DNA of 64,000 nucleotides from Robinsoniella sp. (GCA_022788205.1 JALEVQ010000081.1:27278-91277), one strand, 5' to 3'; positions 19,585 to 28,947 are shown, counted from the stretch's first letter. Notes: generated by a model from the sequence alone, not told the origin. Numbers and translations: made by a program.

Positions 19585-20532
19585 CTACAATTCAATCTGC
19601 GCAATGACTGCCTTGAGCGCATCTGCACTTGCCTGCAGTTTTGCGATTTCCGATTTGTTCATCCGCATAGGAACCTTACCCTGAATACCGTGTGGTCCCA
19701 CCAGCGTCAATGTGCTCAGGCACACATCTTCGATCCCGTACTCTCCGTGCATCATAGAAGATACCGTTGCGATAGAATCCGATGCCGACAACACTCTAGA
19801 GCAAAGCTGGCACACAGAAGTAGCCACTGCGTAGAAGGTTGCTCCCTTGTTTGCGATAATCTGACCGCCGGATTTCTGAACATATGTCAGCATACTGTCT
19901 TTATCGAGTTCCTTGATATCTTTTCCGCGTGCTCTCATCAGCTCATAGAATTCATCTACACTGACTCCTGAAATGTAAGCGCCAGACCACGGAATAAAGG
20001 AAGTGTCGCCGTGCTCTCCAAACACATAAGCGTGAATATTTTTCTGTGCTACCTGGAAATGCTCTGACAATCCAAAGCGCAGACGAGCAGTATCCAATAT
20101 CGTTCCGGAGCCGATAATCTGATTTTCTGGCAAACCAGAAATTTTTGTGAACACATAGGTCATGATGTCCACCGGATTACTTACGATAATGTACAGAGCA
20201 TTCGGCGCTGCCTTTACGATTTCCGGAGTAATACTCTTTAAAATATTGACATTCGTCTGTGTCAGCTCAATTCTTGTCTGACCTGGCTTGCGGGCAATTC
20301 CGGAAGTGATGATTACGATGTCGGAATCCTTTGCATCTTCATACTCACCGGCAATAATGGAGATCGGATCTCGGAAACAGGTTCCCTGCTCAATATCCAT
20401 AACCTCTCCCGCCACTTTTTCTTTGTTGATGTCGATCAAAACGATCTCTGATGCTACGTCCTGTCCAGACAGTGTGTAGGCGATTGTCGCGCCAACACTG
20501 CCGGCACCGATAATGGTAATCTTGCTGCTCAT
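19585..20532 (-). CDS. mdh: LDH-family NAD-dependent malate dehydrogenase (Arg at the LDH Gln102-equivalent position)
   Basis: Contains IIGAGSVGATIAY and GIARKPGQTR. The Arg in this position is the classical MDH-versus-LDH specificity determinant. The gene sits next to fumarase and fumarate reductase. Confidence 0.6.
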   Translation of the reverse strand: MSSKITIIGAGSVGATIAYTLSGQDVASEIVLIDINKEKVAGEVMDIEQGTCFRDPISIIAGEYEDAKDSDIVIITSGIARKPGQTRIELTQTNVNILKSITPEIVKAAPNALYIIVSNPVDIMTYVFTKISGLPENQIIGSGTILDTARLRFGLSEHFQVAQKNIHAYVFGEHGDTSFIPWSGAYISGVSVDEFYELMRARGKDIKELDKDSMLTYVQKSGGQIIANKGATFYAVATSVCQLCSRVLSASDSIATVSSMMHGEYGIEDVCLSTLTLVGPHGIQGKVPMRMNKSEIAKLQASADALKAVIAQIEL

Positions 20533-20537
20533 AATTT

Positions 20538-20640
20538 ACATTCTCCTCTCATTTATGATTTTTATTTGACAGTAATGCCAAATGAAAAAACGTCTTTTTT
20601 GCCGAAAGGTTCTTTTTGCGCCCAAAACTGCCATTCCATT
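20538..20640 (-). promoter_or_regulatory. candidate promoter/short leader for the mdh-hdr-flx-frd-fum operon (TTGGCA-N17-TCATAA on minus strand)
   Basis: 125 nt gap between hydrogenase stop and mdh start. A weak sigma-A-like motif is followed by the GAGAGGAG RBS. Confidence 0.25.
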
Positions 20641-20656
20641 GCTTTCTGCATTTCTG

Positions 20657-22180
20657 TCAGATTTTTTTCTCTTCCAGTTGTTCTAGCAGTTCCTTATAAT
20701 TACTTTGCAGGGCATGCGCATAAGTTGATTTCTTCTTCTGGAGATTGACCGATGCGGCAGATTTTGCAATCGGCTGAATTGTTCCTGCTCCAGCCACACA
20801 TCCTCCAGGACATGCCATTCCTTCCAGCAGATAACCGTTATATTTTCCTGCTTTTGCCATACTCAGAAGCTTTTTGCAATTCGCGAGTCCTTCTGCGCTC
20901 TCCACTTTCACCTCGCGGTCCGGATAAAGTTCCTTCACACAGTTCACCACAGCATTTGCCACACCGCCGCTGACTGCAAATCCTCGTCCGTCACCGCTCG
21001 CTCCATGCATGGTATGTTGTTCTTCCAGCTCAGCAAAGTCTACTTCCTTTGCCTCAAACATTCCCATAACCTCTTCAAACGTCAACACAAAATCGATATC
21101 GCTTCGGATACTTTTTCTGCCAGCTTCCAGTTTTTTCGCTGCACATGGTCCAATAAAAGCCACCTTACTTCCAGGATGCTGCTTTTTGATCAATCTTCCC
21201 GTGAGCACCATAGGAGTCAAAGCCATAGAGATACATTCGCTGTATTCCGGAAATAATTTTTTTGCCATCACAGACCATGCAGGACAGCACGAAGTTGCCA
21301 TAAACGGTAATTTTTGTGGTACTTCCTCAATGAAATCTTTTGCCTCTTCAATCGTACACAGGTCTGCTCCGATTGCCACTTCTACCACGTCTTCAAAGCC
21401 AAGCGCCTGAAACGCTGAACGAATTTTTCCTGGTGTCAGCTTAGGTCCAAATTGCCCTACTACAGCGGGTGCAATCGCCGCATACACTGGCACATCACTC
21501 TTGATCGCTTGAATCGTCTGGAAAATCTGTGCTTTATCTGCGATCGCACCAAACGGGCAATTGGCAAGGCACATTCCACAGGATACACACTTTTCATTGT
21601 CAATATCAGCCCTGCCATATTCATCTGAGCCTATTGCATCCATTCCACATGCCTTTGCACAAGGACGCTCCAACTTCACGATGGCGCCGTACGCACATGC
21701 ACTGACACATTTCCCGCATTTTATACATTTTTCCTTGTCAATGACCGACTTCCCATTTTGAAAGGAAATTGCTTTTTTGGGACATACTTCCTTGCATGGA
21801 TGTGCAAGGCATCCCTGACACGCATCGGTCACTCTGACCTCATTGTCCGGGCATTTGTGACAGGCAAATTTGATAATATTAATCAATGGCGGCTGATAAT
21901 ATTTTTCTGGTCTCACACATTCCAGAGCACCTTCCGATACCGGCGCATGCTCTGATGCAGCCCGCAGCGGCAATCCCATTGCAAGGCGCATCCTCTCTTT
22001 CACAATGGCTCTCTCCAAAAAAACACTTTCCCGATAGGTAGAAATTTCTCCCGGGATAATCCGGTAAGGAATTTGTTCCATCTGCGATAAGTCCCCATCT
22101 TTATAGTCGTACGACAATTTTGCCACTTCTGCAAAAACCATCTTGCGGATGTCGTTGACGGATGTGTAAACTCCTCTCAT
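20657..22180 (-). CDS. [FeFe]-hydrogenase family protein with N-terminal 4Fe-4S ferredoxin domains
   Basis: H-cluster motifs TSCCPAW, FIGPCAAKKLE and EGMACPGGC are present. The usual GGGQP is replaced by GAGTIQP. Four ferredoxin-like Cys clusters lie upstream. Confidence 0.65.
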   Translation of the reverse strand: MRGVYTSVNDIRKMVFAEVAKLSYDYKDGDLSQMEQIPYRIIPGEISTYRESVFLERAIVKERMRLAMGLPLRAASEHAPVSEGALECVRPEKYYQPPLINIIKFACHKCPDNEVRVTDACQGCLAHPCKEVCPKKAISFQNGKSVIDKEKCIKCGKCVSACAYGAIVKLERPCAKACGMDAIGSDEYGRADIDNEKCVSCGMCLANCPFGAIADKAQIFQTIQAIKSDVPVYAAIAPAVVGQFGPKLTPGKIRSAFQALGFEDVVEVAIGADLCTIEEAKDFIEEVPQKLPFMATSCCPAWSVMAKKLFPEYSECISMALTPMVLTGRLIKKQHPGSKVAFIGPCAAKKLEAGRKSIRSDIDFVLTFEEVMGMFEAKEVDFAELEEQHTMHGASGDGRGFAVSGGVANAVVNCVKELYPDREVKVESAEGLANCKKLLSMAKAGKYNGYLLEGMACPGGCVAGAGTIQPIAKSAASVNLQKKKSTYAHALQSNYKELLEQLEEKKI

Positions 22181-22787
22181 GTTCGTCCTCTCCTTTCGTA
22201 TTCTGTGTTAGCTCCCGACAGCTGGCACTGCTGCCGGGACTTTTCTAAAATAAATAATGGAGGTTTATATTGTGCATTTTTCTTGCAAAGAGACCATCCA
22301 TCAATTTTAACACAAAATTCAAGGAGTATTTTTGGTATAAAAATAGTGGCTGCTACCCATTTGCAGACACGCGGAACAAACCATGAAGTATTTCCCACAA
22401 TATCCCATGATCTGGCTGGATGTTTGCGCTGTATCTGGAGCACATCTCATGTACCAGGCAGGTTTCCTGACTTACAGATCATCGCTTGCTTCACCTTCTC
22501 ACATTCTGGGTCATGCAATGGTTATTGGAGCTCGCTCCCTGAATACAGTGACCAGTTCGCTCAGGACTCTCACCTGATTCCCTCTTCAGAACTCAAACAG
22601 ACAAGTTCTGCACCTGATACTGCAATATTCAATTACACACTTAGAGCATAACAGATTGTTATTCTTTTGTCAATCAAAAACCGGCAAGATCTGACAGATT
22701 CTTTTCTAATTTTCAGCCTCCAAATAGGAAACATGATCTATAGTTATCATATACCAAAATCTACCTCTTTTCTATTCAAAGACAAAA

Positions 22788-22842
22788 GAAAAAAAGCGAT
22801 TGGAATCCCTCTCCTGATCAGATCACAATCGCTTTTTTTTCT
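22788..22842. terminator. bidirectional intrinsic terminator (stem AAGCGATTG/CAATCGCTT flanked by A- and T-runs)
   Basis: Immediately 3' of the GH3 gene stop on the minus strand. The T8 run on the plus strand also closes the ORF-free region. Confidence 0.55.
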
Positions 22843-22901
22843 CTCTATTTTATCATTTTTTCTCTCTTATCATTTACCGCTTTTCTTGCGCGGCTTATGA
22901 A

Positions 22902-25900
22902 TTATTTAATCGTAACTGTCTCTGTATAAGTCAGATTGTCGGAAGAAGATCCGATCATCACATCGCGCTCTCCTGTAGCCAGCACCCATTTATCTTTTGT
23001 GCCGTCTTCTCTCTCAATCAGTTCCAGACTTTCATCCCAGTAAGACAACATTCTCTCATCGATTGTCATCTCAGCGATCTTGCTCTCGCCTGGCTGAATA
23101 TCCTCTACTCTCGCAAATGCTGCAAGCTGTTTCTCCACTGTCTGAACACCTTCCGGAACTTCTGCTTCTCCTAAGTATGCCTGAACAATCTCATCTCCTG
23201 CCACATCGCCTGTGTTTGTCACTGTCACACTGATATCGATCGTGTGATCATCATTTACGGTAACCGTATAATCGCTGTACTCAAACGTTGTGTAGGATAA
23301 TCCATATCCAAACGCATACTGTGGCTCAATATCTTCTGCATCATACCAGCGATAGCCAAACTCCAGACCTTCTGTGTAGTGTGCTGTGAATTCTGACTGA
23401 GACTGATCTCCTGCGCGCTCTGTATTATAGTTTGTCTCAGCATCTGGATTGTCATAATATCCATAGGTCAGCAGCGTATCTGCACTTGTCTTTGGCAGTG
23501 TCATTGTCAGTTTTGCACTTGGATTTACCACACCTGTCAGAAGCTCTGCAATCGCAGTTCCTGCGGACTGTCCTGCATAGAATGGAACTAACAACGCGTC
23601 GGTATCGTCTAACCAGTCACCTTCAAATGAGAATCCGGAACGTCCAAATACAACGAGGACAAATTTATTTCCATTCTCTTTTGCTGCCTGCTGAACTGCC
23701 TTGATCTGTTCGATCTCATCGAGAGAAATGTCAAAGTCTGTCTGGAATACTGGTCCGTGACCTGTTGCACCTGTTCTTGTGAACATCACAACGGTATCAT
23801 TTTCTCTTGCAGCTTTGAGTGCATTTTCCATATCCGTCTCGTCCTGAGAAGGCAGAATCCAGTTCAATTTCACACCCTGATCACGGTAGCTTGAAGTATG
23901 TTGTGCTGTCACGACTACTTTATAACGTTTGCCTGCCTCGAGAGTTGCCTTGGCTGTCGAATAATTCAATCCTTCTGTTGTATAGTAATCCCATGATACA
24001 CCGTCCGATGCGTTTGCAGTGATATCTTCCTCACCTGCGCCGCTGATCTTCACACTTGCTTTGCCGCCGTTTGTCTGGATCACAAACGAATATTCTCCTG
24101 ATTCCGGAGCCTCCACATAGCCTATCCATGTGTAAGCTTCCTCATCTGTCATAGCGGTTCCGTTTTCCCCATTCTTGAAGTCTCTCACGCCTGTGGTCAG
24201 ATAAATGTTCTCTTCCACACCTACTTCACTTCCAAGCTCTGTTCCTGGATTTTCGATTGGATCCGGAATCTTCTCCTCCTCTGTCTCAGCCTGGGCACCT
24301 GGACCTCCTGGGAATCCAAAGCCTTTCTGCTCTACCACGTCTTCTGACTTGATTCCATTTGTGCGAACCCATCCATTCTCAGATCCATCTTCGCTCTGGA
24401 ATACCAGTTCAGCCGGGATCTCTGTTCCATGGATATTATTCAGGATTGCTGCGGTGATGTTTGCGTCTTCCCCTGCGATCTCAGTCAGAGACTCATATGG
24501 TGTCGTCATGTATTCCAGAACACCGAACGAACGCTCTCCTCCTGTTCCTCCTACTAAGTTGACAGCGCCATATCCAATCAATGCCACGGAGTTATCCCCT
24601 GTATAATCTTCGCTTGTCAGAGGCAGTGTGCTGTCTTCATTCTTCAGCAGGACAATACCTTTTTCTGCAATCTCTTTTGCCACTTCATTATTTTCATCAT
24701 ATAATCCGTCTGCGCGGTCTTCTTCATATGTTCTCTCGAAGCGAATTGGCTCTGTGCGACCTGGCTCTTCCTTTGCATAGCCGTTTTCATCGATCTCAAC
24801 CAGATTCAGATATCCGCTGACGCCGTATGCATACAGAGTCGTTCTTGCTGCTGCGTCCAGAGTTTCAATCGTCACGATACCCTGAGATGCTGCAGAGCGG
24901 AAATTAGACTCGATACTCTCTGCATTATCCTGTGAGATGGTTGTTCCAAGACTCATGGAAAATTCTTTATTTGCTCCCCAGTCTGGAACCATTGCACCTT
25001 CCCAGTTCCACATGTCACGCAGCACATCGATCTGTAAGTAAGAATTTGAGGAGACATAGTATCCATTCAGTCTGTTGTATGTTCCCATGATAGATGCCAC
25101 TCTTGCCTCTTTTGCTGCTGCCTCAAATGGATATAAGTATGCGGTGTGCAGCGTCTGCTCATCTACTTCCACCCAAAGAGAGATATCTCCATCTGTACTG
25201 TAAGCGCCGATATGTTTTGCCATCGCAATACCGCCATTTTCCTGCAGACCATTTGTCTCGGCAACTGTCAGTCTCGATGTCAGATAGTAATCTTCGCCAA
25301 ACGTGTCTTTTGCTCTTGCCCAATGTGGTGTGCGCGCCAAATCCATCTGCATTCCAAGCTGCCAGCCGGAGCCTGTGGATACATGTTCTTTTCCGAGTGC
25401 CTCACCATATGCGTATACCAGATCCTCACTCCATGTCATGGAAGTTGTCAGCTGCAGAGGCATATTTGTCGTCTCAACGTAAGAATCAGATGACTGTGTT
25501 GCTGTGCTGATTCCAGAAGGTCCATCATGCATACGGCTCTCCGGCACACCCAGTCTCGGCACACCTGTGATATATCCAACACCAGAGCGATTTTCCGGGT
25601 CTGTGTTCATAGACACAAGGTTGATTTTCTCCTCGAATGTCATCGTTTTCATCAATGCATCGATTGTCTTCTCCAGCGTCTCATCATCCATCGGTTCCAT
25701 ATTGTCCTTCGGATAACACTCAGGGAATTTTGTATCCTCAGAGTCTACATTATTATAAAAACTCTCATCATCATAGTCGGTGTTTACGCTGAATGTCCCA
25801 TCCTCATAAACGGTTCCGCGTCCTGTTCCCTGTGCAGCTTTTTCCACGTTTGCCTGTGTGTACTCATCTGCCTGACCTTCCTGCAGTGTCTCTGCGAATG

Positions 25901-25982
25901 CTGTCATGCTGGACAGTACCATGCTTCCTGCCAAAACAGCACCTATCATTTTCTTTGATAATGCCTTTCTGTTTCGATTCAT
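22902..25982 (-). CDS. secreted glycoside hydrolase family 3 (beta-glucosidase/beta-xylosidase-like) with PA14-like insertion and C-terminal Fn3-like domain
   Basis: A signal peptide MNRNRKALSKKMIGAVLAGSMVLSSMTAFA, GH3 N-terminal and C-terminal domains, and an inserted Gly/Glu-rich beta domain of about 150 aa. Confidence 0.7.
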   Translation of the reverse strand: MNRNRKALSKKMIGAVLAGSMVLSSMTAFAETLQEGQADEYTQANVEKAAQGTGRGTVYEDGTFSVNTDYDDESFYNNVDSEDTKFPECYPKDNMEPMDDETLEKTIDALMKTMTFEEKINLVSMNTDPENRSGVGYITGVPRLGVPESRMHDGPSGISTATQSSDSYVETTNMPLQLTTSMTWSEDLVYAYGEALGKEHVSTGSGWQLGMQMDLARTPHWARAKDTFGEDYYLTSRLTVAETNGLQENGGIAMAKHIGAYSTDGDISLWVEVDEQTLHTAYLYPFEAAAKEARVASIMGTYNRLNGYYVSSNSYLQIDVLRDMWNWEGAMVPDWGANKEFSMSLGTTISQDNAESIESNFRSAASQGIVTIETLDAAARTTLYAYGVSGYLNLVEIDENGYAKEEPGRTEPIRFERTYEEDRADGLYDENNEVAKEIAEKGIVLLKNEDSTLPLTSEDYTGDNSVALIGYGAVNLVGGTGGERSFGVLEYMTTPYESLTEIAGEDANITAAILNNIHGTEIPAELVFQSEDGSENGWVRTNGIKSEDVVEQKGFGFPGGPGAQAETEEEKIPDPIENPGTELGSEVGVEENIYLTTGVRDFKNGENGTAMTDEEAYTWIGYVEAPESGEYSFVIQTNGGKASVKISGAGEEDITANASDGVSWDYYTTEGLNYSTAKATLEAGKRYKVVVTAQHTSSYRDQGVKLNWILPSQDETDMENALKAARENDTVVMFTRTGATGHGPVFQTDFDISLDEIEQIKAVQQAAKENGNKFVLVVFGRSGFSFEGDWLDDTDALLVPFYAGQSAGTAIAELLTGVVNPSAKLTMTLPKTSADTLLTYGYYDNPDAETNYNTERAGDQSQSEFTAHYTEGLEFGYRWYDAEDIEPQYAFGYGLSYTTFEYSDYTVTVNDDHTIDISVTVTNTGDVAGDEIVQAYLGEAEVPEGVQTVEKQLAAFARVEDIQPGESKIAEMTIDERMLSYWDESLELIEREDGTKDKWVLATGERDVMIGSSSDNLTYTETVTIK

Positions 25983-26130
25983 TTTAAGATCCCCTTTCTT
26001 CGTCTGCGTTTTCTGTTTTTCGTCCCAAGTGATACGCATTCTGTTTAGATAGGATGATTATACTCAATTTTCTGCTTTTTCCTCAAGGTTTCCAATGGAC
26101 CGTTCACTCCGTTTTTGATACCTTTCGCGC

Positions 26131-26200
26131 AAAAAAACAGGGCATGATGCAAAATAATCAGAAAAGTTTTCTCAAACATTCTCTTTGCATCAGCCCTGTT
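26131..26200 (-). terminator. intrinsic terminator of lysC (16-bp stem ACAGGGC(T/A)TGATGCAAA, U-run)
   Basis: A long imperfect inverted repeat is followed by T7 on the minus strand. Confidence 0.55.
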
Positions 26201-26219
26201 AATCTATAAAATCTTGAAT

Positions 26220-27428
26220 CTACTCAGCCAGCCCGAACGCGTCATGGATTGCGTTCATCGCTCTCTCCCCGTCCTTGATATCAACCAGCACCGTAATACG
26301 GATTTCAGAAGTAGAGATCATATTGATGTTGATACCGCTGCTGTACAGTGCCTCGAACATTTTCGCCGCAACACCTGGATTCGACATCATTCCCGCTCCA
26401 ACAATGGAAACTTTTGCCACCTCTTTCTTGCACTTGATCTCAGTGGCTGTGATTCTCGTCTTGTTTTCCTCCAGAAGAGCTACCACCTCATCAGCTTCTT
26501 CTTCGTCTACCGTAAAAGAGATATCTTTTGTGTTATCTCTCCCGATAGATTGCAGAATAATATCCACATTGATGTTATTTTTCGCCAGAATCTGGAACAG
26601 CCGAAAAGCGATTCCCGGCTCATCTTTCAGTCCCATCACGGAAATTCTGGCTGCCTTTTTATCGAGAGCGACTCCGCTCACCAACATTTTCTCCACGTCT
26701 ACTTCCTCCTTGACTACAGTTCCTTCTGATTCATTTAAGCTGGAGCGAACAACAAGCTTCACACCGTATTTCTTTGCCATCTCCACGGAACGATTGTGCA
26801 GAACGCCAGCGCCCGCCGTTGCGAGATCCAGCATCTCATCGTATGTGATCTCTTTTAATTTTCTGGCGTTTTTTACAATCCTTGGATCAGCTGTGTACAC
26901 ACCGTCAACGTCGGTAAAGATCTCACATGCATCCGCATGAAGCACCGCCGCCAGTGCCACCGCTGTCGTGTCCGATCCGCCTCTTCCGAGTGTCGTATAA
27001 TCATCATATTTATCCACGCCCTGGAACCCTGTCACAATGACAATTTTATGTTGTTCCAGCTCACGGCGAATCCGGTCTGTATCGATGTTTTTCAGATGCG
27101 CATTTCCATATCTTGATGTCGTGTTCATTTGAACCTGAAACGCATTGAGTGAGATTGCCGGAACTCCCAATGCGCCCATCGCCATCGCCATCAAAGCCAC
27201 GGAAGTCTGCTCTCCTGTCGTCAACAGCATATCCATCTCTCTCTTTGAAGCATGAGGATTAATCTCACGCGCTTTTGCGATCAGTTCATCTGTCGTCTTT
27301 CCCATCGCAGACAAAACGACAACCACTTCATGTCCCTTTTGATAATCTGCGATGCAGCGCTGTGCCACACGAAAAATTCTCTCTTTATTGCCCACTGATG
27401 TGCCGCCGAATTTTTTTACTATCAGCAT
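26220..27428 (-). CDS. lysC: aspartate kinase
   Basis: Begins MLIVKKFGGTSV with a GGGAGG RBS. Kinase and ACT domains are present. Confidence 0.85.
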   Translation of the reverse strand: MLIVKKFGGTSVGNKERIFRVAQRCIADYQKGHEVVVVLSAMGKTTDELIAKAREINPHASKREMDMLLTTGEQTSVALMAMAMGALGVPAISLNAFQVQMNTTSRYGNAHLKNIDTDRIRRELEQHKIVIVTGFQGVDKYDDYTTLGRGGSDTTAVALAAVLHADACEIFTDVDGVYTADPRIVKNARKLKEITYDEMLDLATAGAGVLHNRSVEMAKKYGVKLVVRSSLNESEGTVVKEEVDVEKMLVSGVALDKKAARISVMGLKDEPGIAFRLFQILAKNNINVDIILQSIGRDNTKDISFTVDEEEADEVVALLEENKTRITATEIKCKKEVAKVSIVGAGMMSNPGVAAKMFEALYSSGININMISTSEIRITVLVDIKDGERAMNAIHDAFGLAE

Positions 27429-27456
27429 ATATACCTCCCACGATGCAGAATCCTTC

Positions 27457-28662
27457 TTATTTCTTTCTATCAAACAGATGATCAATCATCGTATGTCCCT
27501 CTGCAATATAGTTTCCACTTTCTTTTGCCTCTTTTTCATTGTAGAGCCATTTTTCTGCTCTTGGAGCCGTACTGTCATACAGAAGATACGGCACTGGATC
27601 CGATGTATGGGTGCGCACACGGATCGGTGTCGGGTGATCCGGGAGCACTAAAAGACGATATTCCTCTCCGGATTCATCCATTTTTTCCTTCACATAACGG
27701 ATTACTTTTTCATCAAGATACTCAATCGCCTGAACTTTTCTCTCCACACTTCCCTGATGTCCCATCTCGTCTGGCGCTTCCACATGGATGTAAGCGAAGT
27801 CATATCCATCCTTCAGCACAGCGTCCACTGCTGCCTTTGCCTTTCCTTCATAGTTTGTGTGAAGTCCACCGTTTGCGCCTTCCACGATAATATTTTTCAT
27901 TCCTGCGCCGACCGCAATTCCTTTCAGCAAATCTACTGCCGAGATCATCACACCTTTTTTGTGATTCTTTTCTTCAAACGAAGACAGAGATGGCTTTGTC
28001 CCTGCTCCCCAGAACCAGCAGCTGTTTGCCGGGTTTAACCCTTTCTTTTTGCGCTCAATGTTGATCGGATGATCCTTCAAAATCTCATAGCTTCTGATCT
28101 GCATCTGACGCAAGATTGGATCAGCTGGAAGGTACTGTGCGATCTTCCTTCCGAGAATATCATGTGGCTGAGAAAGCTCCACAACCTGACCGTGATTCCA
28201 GATCAGACAGTGACGGTAACTGGTGCCGACATAAAACTGATACATCTCATTTTCCATCTCTTGCTTTACTGCCTCCAGCAGGACAGCTGCATCTTCTGTG
28301 CTGATCTCTCCAGAGCTATGATCAATCATCGTCTTCTCTTCATACGGCTCATCCTCTGAGAGTGTGACGATATTGCAGCGCAGCGCAACATCGCTCTCCT
28401 TCATCGGCACACCGATGCTGAGCGCTTCCAGCGGAGAACGTCCCGAATAATATTTTTTCGGGTCATATCCAAGCACTGCCAGATTTGCCGTATCACTTCC
28501 TGGCTTCATCCCTTCCGGAATCGTGTGCACAAGCCCAATCTCAGACTTCGGAGCAAGCTCATCCAGAGTCTTCGTCTCAGCGTAAGCAAGCGGCGTCTTT
28601 CCGCCCAGTGATTCAATTGGCTCATCTGCCATTCCATCTCCTAAAACAATGATATATTTCAT
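27457..28662 (-). CDS. cofactor-independent phosphoglycerate mutase family protein, archaeal ApgM type (possible non-canonical homoserine kinase)
   Basis: Has the MKYIIVLGDGMAD N-terminus. It lies between hom and lysC. Confidence 0.6.
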   Translation of the reverse strand: MKYIIVLGDGMADEPIESLGGKTPLAYAETKTLDELAPKSEIGLVHTIPEGMKPGSDTANLAVLGYDPKKYYSGRSPLEALSIGVPMKESDVALRCNIVTLSEDEPYEEKTMIDHSSGEISTEDAAVLLEAVKQEMENEMYQFYVGTSYRHCLIWNHGQVVELSQPHDILGRKIAQYLPADPILRQMQIRSYEILKDHPINIERKKKGLNPANSCWFWGAGTKPSLSSFEEKNHKKGVMISAVDLLKGIAVGAGMKNIIVEGANGGLHTNYEGKAKAAVDAVLKDGYDFAYIHVEAPDEMGHQGSVERKVQAIEYLDEKVIRYVKEKMDESGEEYRLLVLPDHPTPIRVRTHTSDPVPYLLYDSTAPRAEKWLYNEKEAKESGNYIAEGHTMIDHLFDRKK

Positions 28663-28778
28663 CTTCTCTTCTCCTTCCTTTTCTCTTATGTCAAAGTGTT
28701 ATCACAAATTCCATATATCCATTTTTCATGATCGGTGGTTGCCGCACAAATCCGATGCAGGACACCTGCACGAAATCA

Positions 28779-28847
28779 GGCGTATTTTCAGATACTTCTC
28801 GTCAAAACATTCCGCTGCTTTTGCGGAGAAATACCTGAAAATACGCC
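28779..28847 (-). promoter_or_regulatory. long hairpin (about 21-bp stem, 2 mismatches) in the 5' leader of the apgM-like/lysC operon
   Basis: GGCGTATTTTCAGATACTTCTC pairs with GAGAAATACCTGAAAATACGCC around a 26-nt loop that has its own small stem. Confidence 0.4.
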
Positions 28848-28866
28848 ATCCATCTCATCATTCACT

Positions 28867-28937
28867 CTTACTGTAAAAGCCCAGTCTCAGCGGACGGCAG
28901 ACAGGGTGCTTGCACACCTGGCTGCGACACTAGAGAC
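28867..28937 (-). repeat. partial copy (3' module, minus orientation) of the short intergenic repeat family; overlaps the hom stop codon
   Basis: About 85% identity to 49626-49697. Confidence 0.55.
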
Positions 28938-28947
28938 ACATGAAGTT

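Noticed and set aside
22205-22651. 148-aa plus-strand ORF in the gap upstream of the hydrogenase
   Set aside because: Ser/Cys/His-rich low-complexity translation with no RBS and no domain signature. The region is more likely non-coding (see finding).
28867-28937. tRNA-like appearance of the repeat (AGCGGACGGCAGAC resembling a D-arm)
   Set aside because: There is no acceptor stem, T-loop (GTTCGAATC) or anticodon arm pairing. It is conserved as a repeat in three places with TIRs instead.
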